Source: Octopus bimaculoides
Taxonomy: Eukaryota
Direction: 5' to 3'
DNA: 63,709 nucleotides
Assembly: GCF_001194135.2 (NCBI RefSeq)
Contig: NC_068990.1
Span: 82,564,717-82,628,425, forward strand
Positions 40,441 through 51,762 of the stretch are shown piece by piece; the first letter of the stretch is position 1, and each line of letters opens with the position of its first letter. The notes under the pieces are model-generated. The model was not told the DNA's origin. It searched no databases and was given only the letters and a program-made list of their open reading frames with translations. The position numbers were made by a program, and so were the translations under genes.

Positions 40441-40812
40441 ACGCACACACACACACGCACACACACACACACGTGTATACTTTGATCACATGTTTGTGTA
40501 TGTGTTCAGATACATTGCTGTGAATAAACGTTAATTTGTATGGACGACCTTGTAGTAATTATACTTACATGGATATTCTAATATTTGGAATTAATTCAAT
40601 TGTCCATTCCGAAGATAAGGTTTGCTTCAGCTTTAATTTTGAATACAAATGTTAACGAACATATTGTAGTGGGCTTTCTTTGAACATGACTTGTGTTAAT
40701 CGTACTATTCTCTTCCTGATCAATGAAAAAAGATTAANNNNNNNNNNNNNNNNNNNNNNNNNNNNNNNNNNNNNNNNNNNNNNNNNNNNNNNNNNNNNNN
40801 NNNNNNNNNNNN

Positions 40813-40900
<88 letters not shown>

Positions 40901-41759
40901 CTGTTGCGCGCGCGTTTGACATGGGCCTCTTAGAGTAGAAAATTAAAGTTTTTCTAACGAAGAACTCGACACAATCTTTTGGTACCTAACTGGGTAAAGT
41001 AGTATGTTTTGAAGAGTAACGTAAATAGAATTAAGAAGAATAAATTTAGTCTAGTTTTCGGTAAAATTGTTTCTCTATCACACCATTTCTAAGCACCTTT
41101 CGTGCCTTCTTTGCGATAATTATTTTCTGTGAAGTACTTTTTAATAATGATTTCATTTGATTTTACATTTTGATGACATATTGATGACAAAATTCTATGT
41201 AGACAAACACAAATCGACTCTAAAAACAACACTAAAAGAAAAAAAATTCAAAATAACATAAATAAAATAAGGGAAAGCAGAAACGGAAACTTCATCACAG
41301 AACGCAAGTTTTCAAATAAAAGCAAATGTTTTATGGAGAAAGGAATAAGTTCGAACAGTTATACAAATATGTTAAACAATAACGATAGGAACAGTAATAG
41401 TAACAATATTAGCAAATAATTTAGCCAGGAAAGCTTATGAGTATAACAGTAATGTTTAACGAACTATTTTCGCCTCAGTCGTTACACAGATGGTGAATTT
41501 ATATTTGAAGAATTTCCCTGAAAGGCGTTGACCCGGATGATAAAATGCCCGGTAGTGTTTTTTTTTTTTTTTTACTTCAGGATCTCATCCAAGAGGGGAC
41601 AAAAACAAAAAGTAATCTCTCTTTGCCTTTTATATGAAAGTGAACATTTTCACGAAGTACGTCGCGAAATATGGTAAGTTATTCCATTAGCTGAGCGAAA
41701 CAGTCACACAGAATTATCTGCTATACTTTCAGGACCGAGCAATTAAACAAAGCCCACTC

Positions 41760-42190
41760 TGAAATAGTCATGGTATTACATTTTTTGGAGCAAATATAAA
41801 AGTGACGATGCGTGGAATTTGCAGAGGTGTTATTCCGTGACGTGCCGTGACTTTTGTGCCACCGATGAGCGGGCGGTGAGCTTCGGGGTAAAGAGAGGTG
41901 ACATGAGGGTTAGGTGGAATCATAATCAACATGCGTGTGATAATGAATCTCAAAATTTATAAGGCCATACTGCGGTTGTTTCAAGTTTAATTTATCGAGA
42001 CAAAAGAGGATTAACCGATGCTGCCGAAGGAAAACGGCTTTTTTGATATACGCGCAGTCGTAAGAGCATTTTCCCCAATTGACTTAGAATCTTCTACAAC
42101 ATGTGCCCGACGGAAGTAGGCGTGAAGGTTCGTTCCTCGGAAATTCTGATCCCTCCAATGATCACACACGAGCGCGCGCGCACGCGTACA
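41760..42190. promoter_or_regulatory. CpG-rich unique segment, possible promoter or enhancer
   Basis: CpG density is visibly above the flanks; contains GGGCGG, CGGAAGT (ETS-like) and GTGACGT motifs; no TE motif recognised. Confidence 0.3.
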
Positions 42191-44673
42191 TTTATATTCA
42201 CAGCAATGGACAAATATACGTCGATATACAAACATACATGTATATATGCACATACACGGGTGCATTTGCTTGTGTATGTGGGTGTCAGAGAAAGACACAC
42301 ACAGTACGTGTGTGTGTGTGCGCACGTGCGTATGGGTATGTGAGTGATTGTATGTCTGCGTGCGTGTATACATCAATACATACATATATTTGGAAACAAA
42401 TACCTTCAAAACATTCAACTATTTATCTATCTATCTATCTATCTATCTATTTGCCTGTCTGTCAGTCTGTCTATATACATACATACATACATACATACAC
42501 ACACACAAGAATTTATATATTTGGGTGCATGTATATAACGCCATCGATTAATAATACCAAAATGTATTATGTACATACAGTTAAAAAAACAACAATAAAA
42601 ATATATGAAAAGAAATCGCAAAAAAGGAATAGTACAAGACTAACAAATCAGGTGAATGTTTATTGTCACTTAGCAAAAGCAACCAACCAGAAATTTCATA
42701 TGAGTCATTGTCGATATTCAATTTGGACAGTTACTTTATAACTGAAGAACATAATCGCTTTCCATTTTATATATTTTCCTGTTAATTTGCCCTCTTTTAC
42801 TATTTGTTTTATTCTTTTTTGCTTTTGATACTCCTTCTGAGGATTCTCTCATGCTTAATATGCCGACTCTTTAGGGGGAAACAAATCTGGGATTGGTTGG
42901 AAATGAATCGGGTGGTTTATTTAAGAGAATGATAGTAAGAGAGCAAAAAGTAACAAAATAGAAAAGGTTATGGAGATATTTAAAAAAAAAAACAACAAAA
43001 AAAAACATTTAATATATAAAGGGAAGTATTATCAAAGTTCGCTACAGGAATGGCTGTGGGTACAAACTAGCATATGGAAATCTATAACGGTGTTATATTG
43101 TCCGATATTATTAATTCGTTTATAATAATTGAGTGGATATCATCGTCATTAATATCACCATTGTCATTATCATTGTCAGTGCTGACCTCATCCTACATTT
43201 CCTCCTCCTTCTCCTTATTTTGTGTATATATATATAAATATAAATATAAATATATATATATATATNNNNNNNNNNNNNNNNNNNNNNNNNNNNNNNNNNN
43301 NNNNNNNNNNNNNNNNNNNNNNNNNNNNNNNNNNNNNNNNNNNNNNNNNNNNNNNNNNNNNNNNNNNNNNNNNNNNNNNNNNNNNNNNNNNNNNNNNNNN
43401 NNNNNNNNNNNNNNNNNNNNNNNNNNNNNNNNNNNNNNNNNNNNNNNNNNNNNNNNNNNNNNNNNNNNNNNNNNNNNNNNNNNNNNNNNNNNNNNNNNNN
43501 NNNNNNNNNNNNNNNNNNNNNNNNNNNNNNNNNNNNNNNNNNNNNNNNNNNNNNNNNNNNNNNNNNNTATATATATATATATATATATATATATGCTTTT
43601 CTTTTACCACAATATATTTTACGTAAATCTGCAGAGTGCTCAGTAAATGCCTGCATATATTTTTGCAATTGTTTGTTTATGTACTACTCTACTCACAAGA
43701 ATTGAAAATTGCTTTTCATCTCTCACAAGCCATTCAATGTAGCAGAATAGAAAGGCCATAAACCAAATTCTCAGCTCGAACAGCACAACAGATATATGAA
43801 ATTATAAACAATCATATATAGAAGGAATGAGCCTCTAAAACTCAATATAAATAGCACGAGATCACACCAAACGCAGAAAAGGAAGTCACTGTAACAAAAT
43901 TAATACATGCAGAAAAAATCCAATATCTAAAACTGAGTTTGTAGAGCACAGAATTGCTCACGATAAAAGAGAGAAAAAACTATATAAAACATTAGTCACA
44001 TGCGAAAATATACTGGATCCATACACACATTAAGCAGAATAAAAACATCGTATAATAGATTAGGCAGTTGCAGTAATGAAGAAAACTCTAAGGAAAAGTA
44101 AAAATATTCGCAGTAATCATAAAAAGTTGAATAAGACATGAATAAACGCAGATTTATGAGGAAATAATAACGAAATAAAACTGAACATTCCAAGATATTA
44201 TTTCCATTGAAATAAAGCCTAACGTTAATAAAATGACCTGATTTACACAGTAACCATGGCAATATGAAGCCACAGTTTCAACTCAGGAATAGTCGCAAGA
44301 AAATCTATTATGCACACTATTACAAGAAAGATAAAACACCTAATGTTGCTCAGTGAAAAGTAGAGAGAAATAAGTTTAATTTTAACTTTTCAGTCGCTTC
44401 AAAATTGCATGGATCACAGTAATTATTTCATTCTATTAATTGTCGAACCGCTAGGTTTCACCACTTCTTGTCAGGAAATCAGTAAATGCTAACACATGGA
44501 ATGGGTGTGTGCGTGTGCATGTGTATGTGCATATGTGTGTATGTTTGAGTGTGCATATAAATATATAAGGATTTCGTAATGAGATAAAGAACCAAGGCTG
44601 TGTATAATATAGAACATTTATAAATAGAAGATCTTACAGCTGTTTCCAGGATANNNNNNNNNNTAAATAGAAG

Positions 44674-44721
44674 ATCTTACAGCTGTTTCCAGGATATTTA
44701 TTATATCCCTTCATCGGAGAC
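44674..44721 (-). ncRNA. Minimal type-I hammerhead-ribozyme-like motif (Penelope type)
   Basis: GTCT-CCGATGA-A-GGGATAT-aataa-ATATCCT-G-GAAA-CAGCTG-T-A-AGAT: stem I GTCT/AGAT, 7-bp stem II, palindromic stem III ACAGCTGT; core has U4>C. Confidence 0.7.
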
Positions 44722-44949
44722 GGTGTGAGAGGATGGTTAAGTAATAGTTAATTTACATAATATAGGAAATAGAGAGTGAATGTAGGGATATTGTATTCGT
44801 AAATCCATTGGTTAGGCAGAATGGTATACATATAAGATTCCAATACCTTGTGAGTAAAATCCAAATAGTCTTTAAGATTGGTCACTCCAAATACAGAGTT
44901 TATACACAGAGTTATTCAACCAAGGGTTTTGTTTAAAATATATATACAT

Positions 44950-44982
<33 letters not shown>

Positions 44983-45104
44983 NNNNNNNNNNTTAGGAGA
45001 GCTTTATTCTCCTGTCGGTATTCTATTTACTCTTTATTCTTCTATTTTATTCCTTATAAACTTATAAGTTTGCCTATGTAGAACTTTCATGCGTAACGCA
45101 ACTT

Positions 45105-45180
45105 GTCTCTGATGACAGAATACCTAGTGTACGGACATGCTAGCCTATCACTTGAGATATCCCCAAAACAGCTGTTCCAA
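45105..45180 (+). ncRNA. Degenerate hammerhead-like motif related to 44674-44721
   Basis: GTCT-CTGATGA...ATATCCCC-AAAA-CAGCTGT; same flanks and same palindrome, long insert in stem II, GAAA changed to AAAA. Confidence 0.35.
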
Positions 45181-45746
45181 ATTAACCTTACTGTAACTAA
45201 ATTATGATAAATGACTTGAGATACTCACCTTGCCTTGGTTTTTGTTGTCCTTTTTCCTCTAATATATACCTGCTAACACAGAAGCCTAATACAGATCCGT
45301 ATATATATATACATAAATATANNNNNNNNNNNNNNNNNNNNNNNNNNNNNNNNNNNNNNNNNNNNNNNNNNNNNNNNNNNNNNNNNNNNNNNNNNNNNNN
45401 NNNNNNNNNNNNNNNNNNNNNNNNNNNNNNNNNNNNNNNNNNNNNNNNNNNNNNNNNNNNNNNNNNNNNNNNNNNNNNNNNNNNNNNNNNNNNNNNNNNN
45501 NNNNNNNNNNNNNNNNNNNNNNNNNNNNNNNNNNNNNNNNNNNNNNNNNNNNNNNNNNNNNNNNNNNNNNNNNNNNNNNNNNNNNNNNNNNNNNNNNNNN
45601 NNNNNNNNNNNNNNNNNNNNNNNNNNNNNNNNNNNNNNNNNNNNNNNNNNNNNNNNNNNNNNNNNNNNNNNNNNNNNNNNNNNNNNNNNNNNNNNNNNNN
45701 NNNNNNNNNNNNNNNNNNNNNNNNNNNNNNNNNNNNNNNNNNNNNN

Positions 45747-45787
<41 letters not shown>

Positions 45788-45813
45788 ATATATATCCATA
45801 TAAACATATTTAT

Positions 45814-45860
<47 letters not shown>

Positions 45861-47384
45861 GAGATCGAACACTCAACCACATTACCGTTTATTCAGCATT
45901 GTAACTACACGGCTCTACATATATCTAGTATTTAAAAGCAAAACAAATAAAGCATAAAAATCAATATAACGAAGACTTTTCACGTATATACGAATTACAT
46001 AATCGTAGATAAATGCATATAAATATGATTGCTTATTCAACAAAAATCCTACGTTAAGATGTATACAATAGAAACTATAACTTATCATGGGAAAGAGACG
46101 AAAGCGATAAGAATACAAAATTAAATATGCACATTAATTGTCCATATTAATTAACTGGTATTTCAGTCTCAATGGCTTGTAAAACTGCAAAAGTTGAACA
46201 TTTTTAAAGACATACATAGCAATGTTGTAGTCACAATTCAATGAATTATAACAGAGACTATAGTAAATTACTGGTTTGTTACCTAGATGGAAAAATATAA
46301 ATTTCTGCAAGCAAAACTAGAAAACCTATTCCCAAAAATCTAGCAACCAGTTTCAATCTGTCTGATGTTTATATATTCTTAAGCATTAGTTGCCCATCTG
46401 GAAAATATTTGCGTTTTACTAGACAACAATACAAAAACGCTTTGCCTTAAAGAGGAAAGTATGGATGTAAACCCAGCAGTTATTCAACACAGTAAAGAGA
46501 CTTGAACACATTGCATAGATAAAATATCGAAAAAGATTTGACCACACACTGTACTTCTGAGCATTATTGACTTTGTACAAAAAGAAAGCAATTTCGCACA
46601 GGGACGATATATCAACAACGACATAGGAAAAATAAAAAAACATATCATATTACGTTGTAAGTCGAATGAGCCGAATAATCTGTTGGAGAAAATGAGAAGA
46701 CTTCTCACTGTATTCGGAACCTTTTATCATGAAGCTGAACAGGCAGGTTACGTCTACCACAGATAAGAAAGAAGTTGTTCGTACAAAAATAGAACTATTC
46801 CTAAGTAACCATAGTCAGTCTAAACAATTATTTGAAAAATAGCAAAATACAGTGACTATTATAAAGGATAGACAAAAACAGAGAGTATTCTCCCTCAAGC
46901 TTCCTTCCCCTTTGTCTGCGTATATATATATAGTTGAGGTGTGTTCCGTTAAGAATGTATTACAGTACAAATAGAGCTCGTTGACTCTTAGAATGGATGT
47001 TATCATAGAGGTAAATCGTTACTTAATTTAATTTAATCTAATTTAAATTTGAATCTTGTTTATATACGTAGATCTCTATGCATCGAAACATTTGCAGTGA
47101 TCATTAAAAAGCTTCCTAACCGCACTTTCTCTTCGTTTTGACTCTTTTATTCTTTACCTTATATATATATATATATNNNNNNNNNNNNNNNNNNNNNNNN
47201 NNNNNNNNNNNNNNNNNNNNNNNNNNNNNNNNNNNNNNNNNNNNNNNNNNNNNNNNNNNNNNNNNNNNNNNNNNNNNNNNNNNNNNNNNNNNNNNNNNNN
47301 NNNNNNNNNNNNNNNNNNNNNNNNNNNNNNNNNNNNNNNNNTATATATATATATACATATATATATACATACACATATATATAG

Positions 47385-47438
<54 letters not shown>

Positions 47439-47439
47439 G

Positions 47440-47770
47440 CCCAGAGTAATCCATAAGCAGGAGAGGTGCAGCCGGAGTGTAGAAAGGGAGAAAGTCCAGT
47501 GGAGAAGTTCGTGGGTGATGAGAGGATCAACTGGTGCGACCACGTGGGCGTGTGATATGTATAGGGAGAATTCACAAAACAACAACAGACGAAGACAGGT
47601 GGTGTAGAAAACAAATAGATGTATTATATAACGCTCGGGGGTTGAAAAGGTCTTTAACGTTTCGAGCCTACGCTCTTCCACAAAAAGAAGCACAAAAAGA
47701 AACAAGGAGAGAAACAAGCAGAGAAGGAAAAAATGTGTGTAGTGGTTAGCGATCTATCATGGCGAATGAT
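47440..47770 (-). mobile_element. Penelope-like terminal (pseudo-LTR) fragment with a hammerhead remnant
   Basis: Contains GAAGAGCGTAGGCTCGAAACGTTAAAGAC, followed by CACCACCTGTCTTCGTCTGTTGTTG...GAATTCTCCCT, which I recall as a common octopus PLE-type terminus. Confidence 0.6.
47651..47688 (-). ncRNA. Hammerhead-ribozyme-like remnant
   Basis: TCTTT-TTGTGGA-A-GAGC-gtag-GCTC-GAAA-CG-T-T-AAAGA: stem I TCTTT/AAAGA, perfect stem II, palindromic AACGTT; the CUGANGA box has two mismatches. Confidence 0.55.
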
Positions 47771-48559
47771 AAATATATATATATATATATGACTCTTGTA
47801 GCTATGCACCTTGCATTCTTTCTCTCCTCTCAACGCCCTCCACACTGCCCCTAAAATTTATCGAATTTTTCTGTCTAATTTCCCTCTACCCACCACCCTG
47901 CTTCGTGTCCCTTTTCTTATAAAGGACTCGTATGTCCGAAACGTAAAAGTCTCTTTGCTTTTTTCCTAATCAAGCATGAGAAAAATAACGCATTTGGAAA
48001 AACTAATCTCCTTGCATTTCTTTTCATCATATGTATGTGTGTGTGCGTGTGTGTGTGTGTGCGTGTGTGTGTGTGTGTGTGTGCGTGTGTGTGTGTGTGT
48101 GCGTGTGTGTGTGAGTGCGCCTGCATGCATGTGTGTGTGTATGTTTATACACAGACTTACACACATAGATAACAATAAAACAGAAGGCAAAATGATACAC
48201 TGAATAGTATTTAAATAATACAAAACAACAAATATGTGAGTAATAAGCTTAGAATAATAGGCTTAAAAATTAAATCCTCAGGCGAGGAAAAACCGTTCAA
48301 TTGTGAAGTATAGAATTACGCTCATTTCTCGGTATTTGCGGAAAGTATGATGAAATCATAAATTACATTATTCTCTGGTTGTATGGTACTATACATCCAC
48401 ATCTATAACAAAGCAGCTATATAATTGCACTGGAAAGTATACGCGAGTTGCAAGATGAAGACAAGTAAAAAAAAAATGTACATTCCTCAAACAAAAATAC
48501 TGACAGTAGTGATGTCTATATCCTCTAAAATATGCTCACTCACATGGATAGAGAAGAAA

Positions 48560-48880
48560 AGCTGAGAAATCTGATAACGTTATCAAGGCCAGAACTGATT
48601 GGTGGTACACATTTATGGAAACACCAATACTATCTTGTAAGGATATTTCTTTGAAGTAACTGAGAATATGACCTAGACAGATCGAATTCAACAAGGTTTG
48701 GAACATGAAGAACAAAACAATACCGGTATCTCACGGAGCTGTAGGATTCCTGAAGAAATGAAAGAAAAAGTTCACCAACGAAATCTCAGGCAACATCAAG
48801 TCCATCATAAACTCCCCTTGGGAAAAACCCACATACTACGGATAGTGACATCAATCATGTGACAAAAACATCATCATGGA
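48560..48880 (+). mobile_element. R4/Dong-like RLE LINE 3' end
   Basis: KSDNVIK...IEFNKVWNMKNKTIPVSHGAVGFLKK...KFTNEISGNI resembles the RLE C-terminus (EI..MW.MKT.TIPV.IGALG.IKK). Confidence 0.7.
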
Positions 48881-49453
48881 TCTCAATAATGATGATGATG
48901 ATTACTTTTCTTTCATTCACCATAATGGTCTTTTGGATATTACAAAAATAAATTGTTAAAAATGCAAGTGTTTTAAAACAAAAACAGATATGGAATAGAA
49001 AAAGAATGCAAAAAGCATGGGATGGGCCATCCCAGTATGATATGAACTACTACAAGCAATGTAGAGACGCCCTTGAATACATGATCACTCTAACTACCAA
49101 AGACAGGGGACCTTTCCCATCTGTATTCAAAAGTTTGCAGCTGCATGCTGCAAGTGGGCCAAATTACGCAGAGCATTTCCAGAAACACTGGCCCACAGTT
49201 TAGCTAATTCACTGCAGAGAAGTAACTATCCATTTTCACCAGTATCTTTATATAAAAAAACTTGAAGAAATTTATGACGGCTTGGCCTAAGAGGGTAAAA
49301 TCTGTTTTCGGCTTGTCACAACATACAACATTTCTCGCGATGTCCTAAAGAGCGACAAATTTATCTTTGTAGTTTTCGAGATGTTATCAAGAGTTGCATA
49401 TCAATGCAGCACCTGTAAAACTTCCTGTAATTTCTTGTCACGTCCGGTCTCAC

Positions 49454-49626
49454 CACCTGTCCATACTAAGCTGAAAGGCGAGTCAAAGCCTCTGACAGTT
49501 ACTATTTCCCATTCTTGTATGATACGACATAAATCAGGGAAAAAGAGGTGTTGTTCGCGCACCAAATCTGCCTCTCGCTTTGCCACTTCGTTCTTAAAAC
49601 CGAGCTTCTCGCTTTTAAAAGCCTTC
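49454..49626 (-). CDS. Candidate internal exon of an unidentified gene
   Basis: Acceptor TTCTCTGTTTTGTCACCAATAG; open frame KAFKSEKLGFKNEVAKREADLVREQHLFFPDLCRIIQEWEIVTVRGFDSPFSLVWTG; donor G/GTGAGA (or CAG/GTGGTG at 49457). No family recognised. Confidence 0.3.
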
Positions 49627-50138
49627 CTATTGGTGACAAAACAGAGAATGTCACAAAGCAGCCAGGGTTCATTCAAATTGTTGATTTATAGAAGCTGCCT
49701 TATGTTGTTTCATTTCTTGTCTATTGTCAACATATCCCGTGAATAAGGATGCACTATTCTTGTAATATATCTGTCTCGTGTCTGTCCATTTTCTTAGAGG
49801 CCACCTATATTGAGTATTTCTGTCTTTCTCTAAGTTTTTCGATCTATCTTTTCCTTTCTTCCTTTCTTTCTTTCTTCCTTTCTTTCTTCCTTCCTTCCAT
49901 CCTTCCTTCCTTCCTTCCTTCCTTTCTTTCTTGTTATCAATGTTACTAATCATATTAACAAATGAAAAATAATGATATTTTAAATGAGGTTCAAGTGTGA
50001 ATGAGTGTTGTATACGTTTTTCGTATATATTCAATTCAAATATTTTTGTTTGTCTTGGTGCTTTTAAACTTACTGAACAACAACAACAAAATCTACACCA
50101 ACTACGACAACAACACCACAGCAACAACAATGCTAACA

Positions 50139-50305
50139 ATTCTTTCTAATTTTGGTACGAAACCAGCAATTTCGGATGAGGGGTTAAGTAGACTAGGCTC
50201 TTTTCATTAATTAACCAGTAATTGTCTTATAGGCTCCAAAATATGAACGGCAAAGTCGATTTCGGCGAAATTTGAACTCAGAATGTGAGAGAGTTGGAAG
50301 TAATA
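50139..50305 (-). mobile_element. Diverged SINE family B
   Basis: GGCAAAGTCGATTTCGGCGAAATTTGAACTCAGAA (reverse complement of the B box and core) plus the tail TTTCTAATTTTGGTACGAAACCAGCAATTT. Confidence 0.75.
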
Positions 50306-50399
50306 ACATTAATCCTTTTTTATTATCGCTATAAGCGCATATGATAAGAAGGCATCAGGTGGACAAATTACACAAGATTTCTACAGTTTAGAAAGCTTC

Positions 50400-51520
50400 A
50401 ACTGAAATGAATTCGTAAAGAATAAAGAAGTATACAGAATAAATAGCTTACTTCATGAAGATAAGAAATAAAGCTGAAAGTTTCATACAGTTGCATAGAT
50501 CAATTACTGGGCAACAAAAGCATAACTGGAAACTGCAGGAAGAAAAATGTTTGCCAATAGATTCTTTTTATAGTTCCCTATATGTGGTTCTTGGAAACAT
50601 TAGCCTTGAGTAAAGTATCACGCACAATAAACAGATATTTTAAGACACGCCATCCATGAGTGAAAGGCAAATAATTCGGTGGATAGAAAAAATGAGGGAA
50701 TAATTAAAAGTAGTCTCAACTGCATTAGAATAAGAATACGTATTTTAAGAGGATTCTCTATCTCCACTCACTTAGAAATACTATTCTAGACAATAAAACA
50801 GATTTGCTAGCGGACTGAAAAAGATGGGACAAAATAACCTGGAAGACAGAAAGAAGAATTAACAGCGATAATATCAAGTTAGATGATGAAACATGTAAGA
50901 AAATTAGACCAAACACATACAAATACTTCGAGATCAATAAACTGGACGTAGTAGAACAAAAATGGACGAAAAACTTATATACACATTAATACTTAAAATA
51001 CAACGTTTTAGGGTAATAGGCATGAAACCTTTAGCAGAACAACTATTAAGATAGTCATAACATTCTAAATTGGAAGTTTGATGAATAATAAGACTATAAG
51101 ACTATACAGTAATCCAAAATGTGACGTACAAATATGATATCACTAGGATATAGCAATAGTGAGTTTATGTAACGAGGAGACTGTTAAAATAATCGTTATA
51201 ACTATAAAAATAACTAGAATAACTGAAACAGTAAAATGTTTAAGACATGAAAGCTGTGAAATAAAGCAGCCACATCTATTGTAAATAAGTTACAGAAAGA
51301 AAAGAAAATACTAAAATTTGGGTTACAGAGTTATCCAACTGAATCAATATATGAAACAGTTGAATGGAGTGGAAATTGACAAATGAAGAATCACTACACT
51401 ATTTCAGAAGTACAGGACTCATAGTCTAGTTTGAAAGATTATTTTTCAGCCGAGAAACAAAGCAGAAACTAATACAGTATATAATGAAACATAAAGCAAT
51501 AAGTCGCTGAAGATTATGTG
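50400..51520 (+). mobile_element. R4/Dong-like LINE reverse transcriptase remnant
   Basis: SYSCIDQLLGNKSITGNCRKK, VPYMWFLETL, DSLSPL (QGDSLSPL motif), YKYFEI and PKCDV in RT order; many frameshifts. Confidence 0.7.
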
Positions 51521-51710
51521 AAGGCTGAAAAGTGCGTGTTAACAACACTGTTTTTGTCCAGGTGATGGCTGTGAGGGCTGATTTCACATATTAGAAATTA
51601 TTCCTACATTAATGACTTGTAGGGTTGCAATATTTCGTTATGCAACCATAATATAATATAAATTATATAAAACGTTCTGAATTTACATTACTTGTTAAGG
51701 TTATTTCTAC

Positions 51711-51762
51711 AGATGGCTGCTGATGAAGGGGCAAAACCTTCCGAAATATGGCATATACGTCT
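51711..51762 (+). ncRNA. Hammerhead-ribozyme-like motif
   Basis: AGATG-gctg-CTGATGA-AGGGGCAAAACCTTCC-GAAA-TATG-g-CATA-T-A-CGTCT: intact CUGAUGA and GAAA boxes, palindromic stem III ATATG/CATAT; stem I AGATG/CGTCT offset by 4 nt. Confidence 0.55.

Noticed and set aside
43700-44350. A-rich LINE-like sense strand
   Set aside because: Composition suggests a decayed LINE ORF, but I could not anchor any motif.
44620-44690. Direct repeat around the 10-N gap
   Set aside because: Typical unresolved contig overlap; not counted as a real tandem without long reads.
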